The position numbers were made by a program, and so were the translations under genes. Shown here one piece after another: positions 51,464 through 60,757 of a DNA stretch of 64,000 nucleotides. The notes below the pieces were generated by a model. It saw only the letters and a program-made list of their open reading frames with translations, was not told where the DNA came from and ran no database searches. How positions within the stretch are numbered: position 1 is the first letter of the stretch; every line of letters begins with the position of its first letter. Location of the stretch: the IMG/VR virus record IMGVR_UViG_3300042516_005475, positions 62,001-126,000 of that record. The stretch is one strand, 5' to 3'.

Positions 51464-51715
51464 ATGAAAACATCACAAACAAACACGGTTAGCACTGCAA
51501 ACAAAAACGCCTATGAGATTAGACTTGAGGTTCTCCAGATGGCAAAGGATCTGGAAATGCATAACATTTATCTCAGGCAAGAAGAAGTGCGAAGCAACAG
51601 CGATGGTTCCAAGGAGTTCCTAGAATATCCTGAATCTGTACTTGCAAACGAGAGACTTTACGACAAGATTCTCGGTACCGCAAATAAACTTTATTCTTTC
51701 ATCGAACGAAAGTAG
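51464..51715 (+). CDS. Small conserved T4-like phage hypothetical protein
   Basis: NAYEIRLEVLQMAKD...YP...ANKLYSFI pattern recalled from T4-like phages; first in-frame ATG used. Confidence 0.65.
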   Translation: MKTSQTNTVSTANKNAYEIRLEVLQMAKDLEMHNIYLRQEEVRSNSDGSKEFLEYPESVLANERLYDKILGTANKLYSFIERK

Positions 51716-51753
51716 ATTTCACGAGAGAATAAATATATACTACACTTATAACA

Positions 51754-51781
51754 GAGAGTAGAGGGGTAACCTTCTACTTTT
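51754..51781 (+). promoter_or_regulatory. Stem-loop with GTAA tetraloop upstream of nrdJ (terminator or 5' UTR element)
   Basis: AGTAGAGGG-GTAA-CCTTCTACT (51757-51778), extendable by G-T pairs; downstream of TAAATA at 51730-51735. Confidence 0.5.
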
Positions 51782-51796
51782 CTTCATCTAAACTAT

Positions 51797-53920
51797 ATGG
51801 GAACTACAACTGAAAATAAACCGGTAAACGGGCTCGAAGAAATCGCTCGTTTTGTTTTTACTACGAAATACGCTCGTTACAACGAGAAGAATAAGAGACG
51901 TGAGACTTGGGATGAGACAATCGGTCGAGTCGAGTCTATGCATTTGCAAAAGTTTAAGCATCTTTCTGTAGAAGATAAGAAGCTGATTTCAGAGGCCTTT
52001 GATTATGTTCGTGCCAAGAAGGTTGTTCCTTCTATGCGTTCTATGCAATTCGGTGGCAAGGCTGTTTTCGCTCACAACGCCCGCCTTTTTAACTGTGCGG
52101 TTCGCCACGTAGACTCAGTGAGAAGCTTTTCTGAGATCTTTTACCTACTTTTGTGTGGTTGTGGTGTTGGGATTGGTCTCTCCAAGACCTTCTTGGACCG
52201 CTTGCCCGACTTGGTTACTGCAGCAGATAAGACAGGAACGGTTGTTACTTATACTGTGCAGGATACTATTGAAGGTTGGGCTGATTCAGTCGAAGTCTTG
52301 TTGAATTGTTATACTCGTAACAATGCCTTGTCTGGTCGTAAGATTGTTTTCGACTATAGCAAGATTCGTCCAGAAGGTGCAAAGATTAAGACTGGTGGTG
52401 GCAAGGCTCCTGGTTACAGAGGTCTTAAGTCTGCTCACAAGAAGATCAAGGATTTCTTGGATCATTTGATTGAGAAGCAAGAGCATGCTCGTCTTCGCTC
52501 TGTTGATGCTTATGATATCTTGATGCATTGTTCTGATGCTGTTCTTTCTGGTGGTATTCGTCGTTCTGCTACTTCTGTTATCTTCATGAAGGAAGATGAA
52601 GACATGCTCAATGCAAAGACTAACTTTGCAATAACTAAGCACTCTAAGTTCCATAAGGAAGACAATGGTCAATACTCTGGCAAGGTTATTGTTAACAAGA
52701 AAGAGTATGAAGTTACTGTTTCTGAGTGGGAATATCAGAATACAATTACCAAGGATATGATGATTGGTTGGCATCATATTGAACCTCAGCGCGCTCGTTC
52801 TAACAACAGTATTCTTCTTTTGCGAAATCAGACTACTCTGGAAGACTTTCGCAAGATCATTGAACGCACTCGTCAGTATGGTGAACCTGGGTTCGTATTT
52901 GCAGATCATCCTCAGCAATTGTTGAATCCTTGCTTTGAGATTTCATTCGTTCCTGTTACTGAAGATGGTGTTTGTGGTGTTCAGTTCTGTAACTTGACTT
53001 CTATCAATGGAGCCAAGGTTAAGACTAAGCAGGACTTTATTGAGGCTTCTAGAGCTGCTTCTTTGATTGGTACTTTACAGGCTGCATATACTGACTTTAA
53101 GTATCTTAGCAATGCTGCTAAGAAGCTTACTGATGACGAGGCTCTTTTGGGTGTATCTATTACTGGCATGATGGATAATCCTAGTGTGTTGCTTGATCCC
53201 GACTGTCAGAACCTTGCCAGTGCTGCTGCTGTAGAGACTAATCGTGTTTGGGCTGACAAGATTGGTATCAAGCAGGCTGCTCGTGTTACTTGTATCAAGC
53301 CTGAAGGAACCTCTAGCCTTGTACTAGAGTCTGCTTCTGGTATTCACCCTCATCACTCTCGCAAGTACTTCCGTAGAGTGCAGATGAACAAGATTGATAA
53401 TGTTTATCAGTTCTTCAAGATGTACAATTCTCATATGTGCGAACCTAGCGTTTGGTCTGCTAATAAGACTGACGACGTTGTTTGCTTCCCTATTGAGGTT
53501 AGCCCAGAGGCTATTGTTAAGGGGGACTTGTCCGCTAAGCAGCACTTGGAGTACATCAAGTCTACTCAGACAAACTGGGTTATCCCTGGAACTAACGATT
53601 ATGAGAAGCCTATTCATCATAACGTTAGCTGTACTGTTAGCGTCAAGGATGACGAATGGGACTTTGTGACCAAGTACTTGTTTGATAATCGTCAGTACTT
53701 CTGTGCTGTGTCGTTGTTGCCTGACTTTGGTGATAAGCTCTATGCTCAAGCACCTAATGAATCAGTATCTACTGAGGCTGACAAGCAGAAGTATGAGGCT
53801 ATTATCAAAAACATGAGTAGTGTAGACTATACCAAGCTACAAGAAAATGAGGATGAGACGTCTGTTCAGGCTACTGTTGCCTGTGCTGGTAATGCCTGTG
53901 AGTTTGTCTTTAACTCTTAA
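51797..53920 (+). CDS. nrdJ: Class II (adenosylcobalamin-dependent, RTPR-type) ribonucleotide reductase
   Basis: RRETW, PSMRSMQFGG, FNC, LLLCGCGVG, VLSGGIRRSA, NPCFEI, FCNL, TCIKPEGT, C-terminal CAGNAC. Confidence 0.93.
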   Translation: MGTTTENKPVNGLEEIARFVFTTKYARYNEKNKRRETWDETIGRVESMHLQKFKHLSVEDKKLISEAFDYVRAKKVVPSMRSMQFGGKAVFAHNARLFNCAVRHVDSVRSFSEIFYLLLCGCGVGIGLSKTFLDRLPDLVTAADKTGTVVTYTVQDTIEGWADSVEVLLNCYTRNNALSGRKIVFDYSKIRPEGAKIKTGGGKAPGYRGLKSAHKKIKDFLDHLIEKQEHARLRSVDAYDILMHCSDAVLSGGIRRSATSVIFMKEDEDMLNAKTNFAITKHSKFHKEDNGQYSGKVIVNKKEYEVTVSEWEYQNTITKDMMIGWHHIEPQRARSNNSILLLRNQTTLEDFRKIIERTRQYGEPGFVFADHPQQLLNPCFEISFVPVTEDGVCGVQFCNLTSINGAKVKTKQDFIEASRAASLIGTLQAAYTDFKYLSNAAKKLTDDEALLGVSITGMMDNPSVLLDPDCQNLASAAAVETNRVWADKIGIKQAARVTCIKPEGTSSLVLESASGIHPHHSRKYFRRVQMNKIDNVYQFFKMYNSHMCEPSVWSANKTDDVVCFPIEVSPEAIVKGDLSAKQHLEYIKSTQTNWVIPGTNDYEKPIHHNVSCTVSVKDDEWDFVTKYLFDNRQYFCAVSLLPDFGDKLYAQAPNESVSTEADKQKYEAIIKNMSSVDYTKLQENEDETSVQATVACAGNACEFVFNS

Positions 53921-54425
53921 TAGTTTCAGTTGTAGTTAAACCGCAAGAGGGTAACGTGTAAATGTTACCCTCATTTTTTTGTAGATATAGTTCGTAATCA
54001 TCTAACAAATCAGGGTAATAAAATTTAAAGTTGCTATTATAGTTAGCTCCAAACAACTTATAGTTGTTTTTATACTCATAATAAACAATTTCACTTCTAG
54101 TCAAGGCATCTTGAAACAACACTGAAGGGTCTTTAGTTAGCACTGTTTTAACATCTATATACAAAAACTGCTGAGGTTTAGTGAGGAACCCAGCTAAAAA
54201 GCTGTGCTCTAGACTTTCATGTAAGTGAATATTTGACTTAAGTCTTAGCATTTTAAAGGTTCTATGCACTTCTTTATCGTTAAAAATAAAGTTTAGACGC
54301 TCGTTAAACCCCAATCTTTTGGATCGGTAATAAAAAGGTATAGCATGCTCTAATTCGTTGTTATCTACTAGTGTAAAAACAAACATATGTAATAAGTAAT
54401 TACCATTAAACCTGTTGGTTTTCAA
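53910..54425 (-). CDS. Hypothetical protein, possibly a degenerate nucleotide-sugar transferase-like fold
   Basis: FLYIDVKTVLTKDPSVLF resembles the hhhDxD...DP..LF segment of GT-A enzymes but lacks the second Asp; start uncertain. Confidence 0.4.
   Translation of the reverse strand: MKTNRFNGNYLLHMFVFTLVDNNELEHAIPFYYRSKRLGFNERLNFIFNDKEVHRTFKMLRLKSNIHLHESLEHSFLAGFLTKPQQFLYIDVKTVLTKDPSVLFQDALTRSEIVYYEYKNNYKLFGANYNSNFKFYYPDLLDDYELYLQKNEGNIYTLPSCGLTTTETIKS
53947..53980 (+). terminator. Rho-independent terminator of nrdJ, embedded in the antisense CDS
   Basis: GAGGGTAACGT-GTAA-ATGTTACCCTC then ATTTTTTT, 26 nt after the nrdJ stop. Confidence 0.8.
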
Positions 54426-54442
54426 TAAATATTTTCACTAAT

Positions 54443-57400
54443 ATGGCAGACATACAAGTAATACCAGGAGTAGCGGTAATATCTTTCTCAGGAGTAGCTA
54501 CAAACACTGTATATCTTTCTTCAAGCGACGCTGGTGTAGCAATCTTAGAAGGACCAAGCGGGTCAATGTTTACAGCAGATGGTAATACTAACGAGATGAC
54601 TATACATTCTACGTTATCTGCTTCAAACTTTGTAATTAATACCCCAGATATAGATGCATCTGGACTTGATACTCTAGTAGACCCACTCTCAGTCTTAGCA
54701 CTTTCAGCTGGTAAATTTTATGTTACAACTGCCGGTAAAATAGGAGCCCCTGGAGAATCTGGAGCTAGTGGTTTACCTGGCTCTCCTGGTATCTCCGGTA
54801 TTCCTGGTATCTCCGGTATTCCTGGTATTAGCGGAACTCCTGGTTTCAGCGGACTGCCTGGAGCTAGCGGACTACCAGGAGCCAGTGGCTTGCCTGGAGC
54901 AAGCGGTCTTCCTGGAGCAAGTGGGTTACCAGGAGCAAGTGGTGTACCAGGCATTAGCGGTATTCCGGGTATCTCTGGTACTCCTGGTATTAGTGGAACG
55001 CCCGGTATCTCTGGTATTCCAGGCGCAAGTGGGCTGCCTGGCGCAAGTGGTCTTCCTGGAGCAAGTGGGTTACCAGGAGCAAGCGGTCTCCTTGGCACTA
55101 GCGGCATACCAGGCATCTCTGGTACACCAGGCATAAGTGGTGTACCGGGTATTAGTGGCATACCAGGCATCTCTGGTACACCAGGCATCTCTGGTACACC
55201 AGGAGCAAGCGGTCTACCTGGTATTCAAGGTATATCTGGGGCTCCTGGTATTTCAGGTATTCCTGGTATTAGTGGTCTTCCAGGAATATCAGGAATACCC
55301 GGAATTAGTGGTACTCCAGGAACTTCAGGCAATCCTGGCGCTAGTGGATTACCAGGTGTTCAAGGCCCATCAGGAACCTCAGGAGAAAGTGGGTTGCCTG
55401 GAACAAGTGGGTTGAGCGGCAAGCCTGGAGATAGTGGTTTGCCAGGCATTAGTGGCTCTCCAGGGGATAGTGGTTTGCAAGGCATTAGCGGCTCTCCAGG
55501 CATTAGCGGCTTACCTGGTACAGTAGGTACTCAGGGTATTAGCGGTTTACCTGGATTTAGCGGCATCCCTGGTATTAGTGGTACTCCAGGAGCAAGTGGT
55601 TTGCCAGGGACTAACGGAATTCCTGGAGATAGTGGTTTTCCAGGTATTAGCGGTGTTCCAGGTATTAGCGGTCTTCCTGGAGCAAGAGGTTTTCCAGGAG
55701 ATTCTGGTGTTCCTGGAATTAGTGGAACACCAGGAGACTCTGGAACCCCTGGAATAAGCGGTCTACCAGGTGCTAGCGGTCTACCAGGTGCTAGCGGTGG
55801 TCTTGGTATTAGTGGTACTCCTGGTATCAGCGGGGTTCCTGGGGTCTCCGGTGCTCCAGGTATTAGCGGCCCTCCTGGGGTCTCTGGTCTTCCTGGAGCA
55901 AGTGGTTTGCCAGGTATTAGTGGTACTACAGGAGAATCTGGAGTACCAGGTATCAGCGGCACTCCTGGTGACTCTGGTCTTCCTGGAGCAAGTGGTTTGC
56001 TAGGTGTCTCTGGTCTTCCTGGAGAATCTGGAGTACCAGGTATCAGCGGCACTCCTGGGGTCTACGGTACTCCAGGTATTAGCGGGGTTCCTGGTGTCTC
56101 CGGTACTCCAGGTATTAGCGGGGTTCCTGGTGTCTCCGGTACTCCAGGTATTAGCGGGGTTCCTGGTGTCTCTGGTCTTCCTGGAGCAAGCGGACAGTCA
56201 GGGGATAGTGGTACTACAGGAGCAAGCGGGTTGTCTGGTATTAGTGGTACTCCTGGTGTCTCCGGTACTCCAGGTATTAGCGGTGTTCCTGGTATTAGTG
56301 GTTTACCAGGAGCAAGTGGTTTACCAGGAGCAAGAGGTATTGCTGGTGGTGCAACGTATTACTTAAACAACTCAGTTACATCTTTATCTGGTTGGAAAGA
56401 GTGGAGTACAACTCCAGTACTTTTAGCACAGACAGTTGATACAATAACTTTAAGTGCCAGTGAAACAGGTGTTATTCAAAGTTTCATTACTCCAGAGAAC
56501 GACCCTTATTTAACATTCATTACACCTGGTATTTGGGCATTTTATTTGCACTGTGTAAGAGGTGGTAACAATACAATTTTTGATGTATATGCTCAAGTTT
56601 ACCGATACAACACTAATTTAGGCACCTTAACCTATTTATTATCAACTGCTCCTGTTGCTGTTGTTTCAAACACTACACCACAGATGCAACTTTCAGACTC
56701 GTTCTTTAATGGGGCATCTGCATTATTAAATGATCGATTGTATGTTGAAATTAAAGCTGTAAATAATGGTAATAATACTAATACAGTTTCTCTTTATTCA
56801 GAGGGAGAGACAAATTATTCCTTCAGTATTACTCCAATTGGTGCAACAGGTAACAGCGGTCTTCCTGGTATAAGCGGAACTCCTGGTATTAGTGGGTTAC
56901 CTGGCGCTAGCGGTTTGTCTGGCTACAGTGGTCTGCCAGGTATTAGCGGTTTACCTGGCCACAGTGGTCTGCCAGGTATTAGCGGTTTACCTGGCCACAG
57001 TGGTCTGCCTGGCTTTAGTGGTCTGCCAGGCGATAGCGGTCTGCCTGGTGTTAGCGGTGGTCCTGGTGTTAGCGGTGGTCCTGGTGTTAGCGGTGGTCCT
57101 GGTATTAGTGGAGCACCAGGTATCAGCGGAGCTTTAGGTGGTAGTGGTTTGCCAGGTGTTAGTGGTTTGCCAGGTATGGTTGGATTGTCAGGCGATAGCG
57201 GTCTGCCTGGTTACAGTGGGTTACCTGGTATTAGTGGTGGTCCTGGTATTAGTGGTACTCCTGGAATTAGCGGTCCTCCTGGTGTCTCCGGTGCTCCAGG
57301 TATTAGCGGTCCTCCTGGAGTCTCTGGTCTTCCTGGAGCAAGTGGTTTGCCAGGTAAAGATGGTGGTCAATTAACTGTAAGCAATTATGTAGCAAGCGGG

Positions 57401-58564
57401 AAGTTGAATTCTTCTACTCAAACAATAACAGCTGGAGCTGATACAGTAGTCCAATTTGTTGATTATTTTGACCCACAAAACTGGTGGAATGCCTCTACAT
57501 ATCAATTCAAACCAACCGTTGAAGGTTATTATGAAATAACTTTTGCTGTATGGTGGGGCGCAGCAGATGTTACTACAACTAACCAAACTAATATTCAAAT
57601 ACGTAAGAATGGTACAACCCAAATGGGTATTAGCCAACATTCATTACAAGCTGGTATTGGTATTTCTCAAATCTTAACAAAGATAATCTTTCTCAATGGT
57701 GGTGCTGACTATTTAGATTTTACCGTTTTTACTGCAGATACTGGAACACAAGACATCCAACAAGGCAATACTGAAGGAAGCGGTACATATTTTTCTGCAG
57801 CATTAATTGTTGGTGGAACATCATCTGGTTTACCTGGTGCATCTGGTTTACCTGGTGAATCTGGTTTACCTGGTGCTGTAGGTTTACCTGGTCATAGCGG
57901 TTTACCTGGTGTTTCTGGTGTTTCTGGTTTTTCTGGTTTACCTGGTGCTGTAGGTTTACCTGGCCATAGCGGTTTACCTGGTGTTTCTGGTTTACCTGGC
58001 TTCTCAGGTCAGCCTGGTCATAGCGGTTTACCCGGTCATAGCGGTTTACCTGGAGCATCTGGTTTACCTGGTACATCTGGTTTACCAGGCTTCTCAGGTC
58101 AGCCTGGTGCTGGAGTATCAGGTGGAACCACTAACACAATTGCGAAATTTAGCAGCTCTACAACAGTTGCAAATTCTTCAATGACTGATGATGGTACAAC
58201 AGTTACAATATCTGCAGTAAGTAATATAAGAGGTGTTAAGGAAACTTTCAATAATGTTTCCCCTTCAGCTGGGGTTGTTACTATAGATCTTAACACAACA
58301 ACCGTTGCGCGTCTTACTCTTAATGCTAGCGTCACTAGCTTTACTATTAGTAATCTAACTGCAGGTAGGGCAAATTCATTTACAATAATAACAATACCTA
58401 ATGGTTCTGTATTCACAATAACCTGGTCCTTTGGTGGGGTTTCTGTTAAGTGGCCAGGAGGTACAGCACCAACTCTAACAACAACAAATACTAAATTTGA
58501 TATTTTTAGCTTTATATATGACGGTACAAACTGGTATGGTTTTAACGGAGGTCAAAATTTTTAA
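54443..58564 (+). CDS. Collagen-like fibre protein: three Gly-X-Y tracts, internal C1q-like domain, phage fibre C-terminal module
   Basis: Gly-X-Y at about 54743-56345, 56840-57365 and 57827-58125. C1q-like VVQF...WNASTYQFKPTVEGYYEI...KNG...LNGGADYL...TYFSAALI. C-terminal VKWPGGTAPTLT...DIFSFIYDGTNWYG. Confidence 0.9.
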   Translation: MADIQVIPGVAVISFSGVATNTVYLSSSDAGVAILEGPSGSMFTADGNTNEMTIHSTLSASNFVINTPDIDASGLDTLVDPLSVLALSAGKFYVTTAGKIGAPGESGASGLPGSPGISGIPGISGIPGISGTPGFSGLPGASGLPGASGLPGASGLPGASGLPGASGVPGISGIPGISGTPGISGTPGISGIPGASGLPGASGLPGASGLPGASGLLGTSGIPGISGTPGISGVPGISGIPGISGTPGISGTPGASGLPGIQGISGAPGISGIPGISGLPGISGIPGISGTPGTSGNPGASGLPGVQGPSGTSGESGLPGTSGLSGKPGDSGLPGISGSPGDSGLQGISGSPGISGLPGTVGTQGISGLPGFSGIPGISGTPGASGLPGTNGIPGDSGFPGISGVPGISGLPGARGFPGDSGVPGISGTPGDSGTPGISGLPGASGLPGASGGLGISGTPGISGVPGVSGAPGISGPPGVSGLPGASGLPGISGTTGESGVPGISGTPGDSGLPGASGLLGVSGLPGESGVPGISGTPGVYGTPGISGVPGVSGTPGISGVPGVSGTPGISGVPGVSGLPGASGQSGDSGTTGASGLSGISGTPGVSGTPGISGVPGISGLPGASGLPGARGIAGGATYYLNNSVTSLSGWKEWSTTPVLLAQTVDTITLSASETGVIQSFITPENDPYLTFITPGIWAFYLHCVRGGNNTIFDVYAQVYRYNTNLGTLTYLLSTAPVAVVSNTTPQMQLSDSFFNGASALLNDRLYVEIKAVNNGNNTNTVSLYSEGETNYSFSITPIGATGNSGLPGISGTPGISGLPGASGLSGYSGLPGISGLPGHSGLPGISGLPGHSGLPGFSGLPGDSGLPGVSGGPGVSGGPGVSGGPGISGAPGISGALGGSGLPGVSGLPGMVGLSGDSGLPGYSGLPGISGGPGISGTPGISGPPGVSGAPGISGPPGVSGLPGASGLPGKDGGQLTVSNYVASGKLNSSTQTITAGADTVVQFVDYFDPQNWWNASTYQFKPTVEGYYEITFAVWWGAADVTTTNQTNIQIRKNGTTQMGISQHSLQAGIGISQILTKIIFLNGGADYLDFTVFTADTGTQDIQQGNTEGSGTYFSAALIVGGTSSGLPGASGLPGESGLPGAVGLPGHSGLPGVSGVSGFSGLPGAVGLPGHSGLPGVSGLPGFSGQPGHSGLPGHSGLPGASGLPGTSGLPGFSGQPGAGVSGGTTNTIAKFSSSTTVANSSMTDDGTTVTISAVSNIRGVKETFNNVSPSAGVVTIDLNTTTVARLTLNASVTSFTISNLTAGRANSFTIITIPNGSVFTITWSFGGVSVKWPGGTAPTLTTTNTKFDIFSFIYDGTNWYGFNGGQNF

Positions 58565-58569
58565 TTTTT

Positions 58570-59385
58570 ATGGCTACTATAGGTTCTGGTCGCGGACCAT
58601 TAATAAGAAGTAAAGGTGGCGGTGGTTTTACACCAGTAGAAGTTTTAGTACTAAGTGTAGGTTCTGGTTCAAGTACCGTTCCATCTGGAGCCACAAGCGC
58701 AGTTGTAGAAGCTTGGGGTGGAGGAGGAGGAAGCACTGGAGGTGATATAAGTACTGGAACTGGTGCGGGAGGAGCTTATGCAAGATCTACTATTACAGGA
58801 ATAAGTGGTGGGAATATTTTTTATTATACTGTTGGAGCTGGAGGAGTTGGTACTGGTTCATCAAGTGCAACAGCAGGTGGTGATAGTTGGGTAAATTATA
58901 ATTCTAACTCTGTACCTACGTCTTCAACTACTGGCTGTAAAGCGGTTGGTGGAGCAACACATCCAACTACAATACCAAATAATTCAACTCAATTAGCTAA
59001 TTCTATTGGCACAATAAGATATATTGGCGGATCAGGAGGTGGTGGTCCAGAAGGTGGTGGAGGAGGATCAGCAGGAACAACTGCAAATGGAGTCAATGGA
59101 ACTGGTGGAAGCGGTGCAGCGGGAGGCGCTTCTGGAAGCGGTGCAGCGGGAGGGTGTGGAGGTGGAGGTTCCAATTCAGGTGGAAATGGACAAAGTACTG
59201 TCAACGGAGGAGGTGGAGGGGGTGGTTCATATAATAATGCAGGAGGTAATGGTGGAGTTCCTGGAGGAGCTGGTGGTATGGGATGGTCAAGTCAAAATGC
59301 AGTTTGTGCAGGAGGTACAAATACAAATACCGCAGGAACTGGTGGTGATGGTGGAAGAGGTCAAGTCAGAATAACTTATAATTAA
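58570..59385 (+). CDS. Glycine-rich tail-fibre tip / receptor-binding-type protein
   Basis: TVPSGATSAVVEAWGGGGG...YTVGAGG...GDSW...GDGGRGQVRITY is the phage Gly-rich domain pattern. Confidence 0.75.
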   Translation: MATIGSGRGPLIRSKGGGGFTPVEVLVLSVGSGSSTVPSGATSAVVEAWGGGGGSTGGDISTGTGAGGAYARSTITGISGGNIFYYTVGAGGVGTGSSSATAGGDSWVNYNSNSVPTSSTTGCKAVGGATHPTTIPNNSTQLANSIGTIRYIGGSGGGGPEGGGGGSAGTTANGVNGTGGSGAAGGASGSGAAGGCGGGGSNSGGNGQSTVNGGGGGGGSYNNAGGNGGVPGGAGGMGWSSQNAVCAGGTNTNTAGTGGDGGRGQVRITYN

Positions 59386-59389
59386 AATT

Positions 59390-59851
59390 ATGAAAGTAGC
59401 AACAATAATCGACAATAATATTACAATACAAAATATTTATGAAATGTATCCTCATGTATCTTTTCCAGATACTGGTGTACCAGATTCATTTTTACAAGAA
59501 AATAACTTGTATAGAGTTATTGACACATTACCATACAATCCAGAAACGCAAATTTTTAATTTGTTGGATAAACCAGTGTTAGTAGATAATTTAGTTTATA
59601 CTGTTGTAGTGTTTGCAAAAACAGAAGAAGAAATTAAATCAGACAAGCTTTTAAAAGTCAGACAGTATCGTAATGATCTTTTAAATGCATCTGATAATTA
59701 CGTAACTATTGATAGGTGGGAAACATATTCAGAAGATAAAAAATTTGCTTGGAGACAGTATAGACAAGCCTTAAGGGATTTACCTCAATACACAGAAGAT
59801 CTGGATAATATCCTATGGCCAGTAAGTCCCGCTGCTCCACCAGCGCGCTAA
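59390..59851 (+). CDS. Tail fibre assembly chaperone
   Basis: VRQYRNDLLNASD...AWRQYRQALRDLPQ...ILWPVSP. Confidence 0.85.
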   Translation: MKVATIIDNNITIQNIYEMYPHVSFPDTGVPDSFLQENNLYRVIDTLPYNPETQIFNLLDKPVLVDNLVYTVVVFAKTEEEIKSDKLLKVRQYRNDLLNASDNYVTIDRWETYSEDKKFAWRQYRQALRDLPQYTEDLDNILWPVSPAAPPAR

Positions 59852-59892
59852 ATGTTAATTGATTTCAATCGAAAATAATATACATATTTTGT

Positions 59893-60675
59893 ATGACGGT
59901 ATTACATCAGGATATTGGAAAGGTAATCCAGCCTAAAATTAATCCAAATCTCATTATTCAGGAACTAGCTAGTACATTTAAATCTACTGGCAGATTAGAA
60001 ATTCCTGAATTTTTAGATGCTGCTACTGCTGATCATATGCATTATTTTTATAATGAACTGTATCCTTCAGAATGGTGGTCTTCCTCAAGTGTGCCAGCCA
60101 TATTTAAAAATTATGTAACTAACACTGAGATCTATGATGAGTATAATCAAGGAGATCGTTTTCAAAACACTCCTGATAATCAGGCTGCAATTAAAATTAC
60201 ATACGAGGCAGCTCATAAGGCTAATGGGGAGGGTAAATTTGCATATTTCTTCTATAGATCTTTTAATGATCACCCAGTAGATTGTGTTTGTCAAGAATGT
60301 CAGCTAACTAGATTCTTTAGCGCTCCTGAGTTTATAGTGTTTTTAAATGCTATTACTGGTAATACACTGAATATTGTTGCTCCCTTTACAATTTTTACTA
60401 GCAAATACTCTCAAGGCTGCTTCCTTAATACCCATTCTGATGATATGAATGGTAAACTAGCCTTTGTCTATCATCTTACTAAGGATTGGAGACCTGACTA
60501 CGGTGGCTTATTTACAGCTCAAGATAAGGATAGAAACGTGCTAAAAACCATTGTTCCTAGCTTTAACAAGTTTGTTTGCTTTAGAGTTGGAGATTATGTT
60601 ACTCCTCATAGTGTCACTCAGGTTTCTCACCACGTACAGAAGCATAGAATGTCGTTAACTGGTTGGTATAAGTGA
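59893..60675 (+). CDS. 2OG-Fe(II) oxygenase, prolyl-hydroxylase-like
   Basis: FLNTHSD (HxD), LAFVYHLTKDWRPDYGG, PSFN, PHSV (distal His), RMSLTGW (RxS). Confidence 0.85.
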   Translation: MTVLHQDIGKVIQPKINPNLIIQELASTFKSTGRLEIPEFLDAATADHMHYFYNELYPSEWWSSSSVPAIFKNYVTNTEIYDEYNQGDRFQNTPDNQAAIKITYEAAHKANGEGKFAYFFYRSFNDHPVDCVCQECQLTRFFSAPEFIVFLNAITGNTLNIVAPFTIFTSKYSQGCFLNTHSDDMNGKLAFVYHLTKDWRPDYGGLFTAQDKDRNVLKTIVPSFNKFVCFRVGDYVTPHSVTQVSHHVQKHRMSLTGWYK

Positions 60676-60690
60676 GAACATTAAAACAAG

Positions 60691-60742
60691 ATAAAACCCG
60701 TTGTCTCCCTGTTATAGTGACGGAGAACAACGGGTTTATTTT
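60691..60742. terminator. Bidirectional terminator between convergent genes
   Basis: AAACCCGTTGT-CTCC...GGAG-A-ACAACGGGTTT hairpin with T-rich tails on both strands. Confidence 0.8.
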
Positions 60743-60757
60743 GTGTTAAAACTTAGA

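Noticed and set aside
52620-52765. Possible intein or intron in nrdJ
   Set aside because: Too short, no Cys/Ser...His-Asn splice junctions, and the frame is uninterrupted.
54718-59374. Alternative-frame and antisense ORFs over the collagen and Gly-rich genes
   Set aside because: By-products of Gly-X-Y and poly-Gly periodicity.
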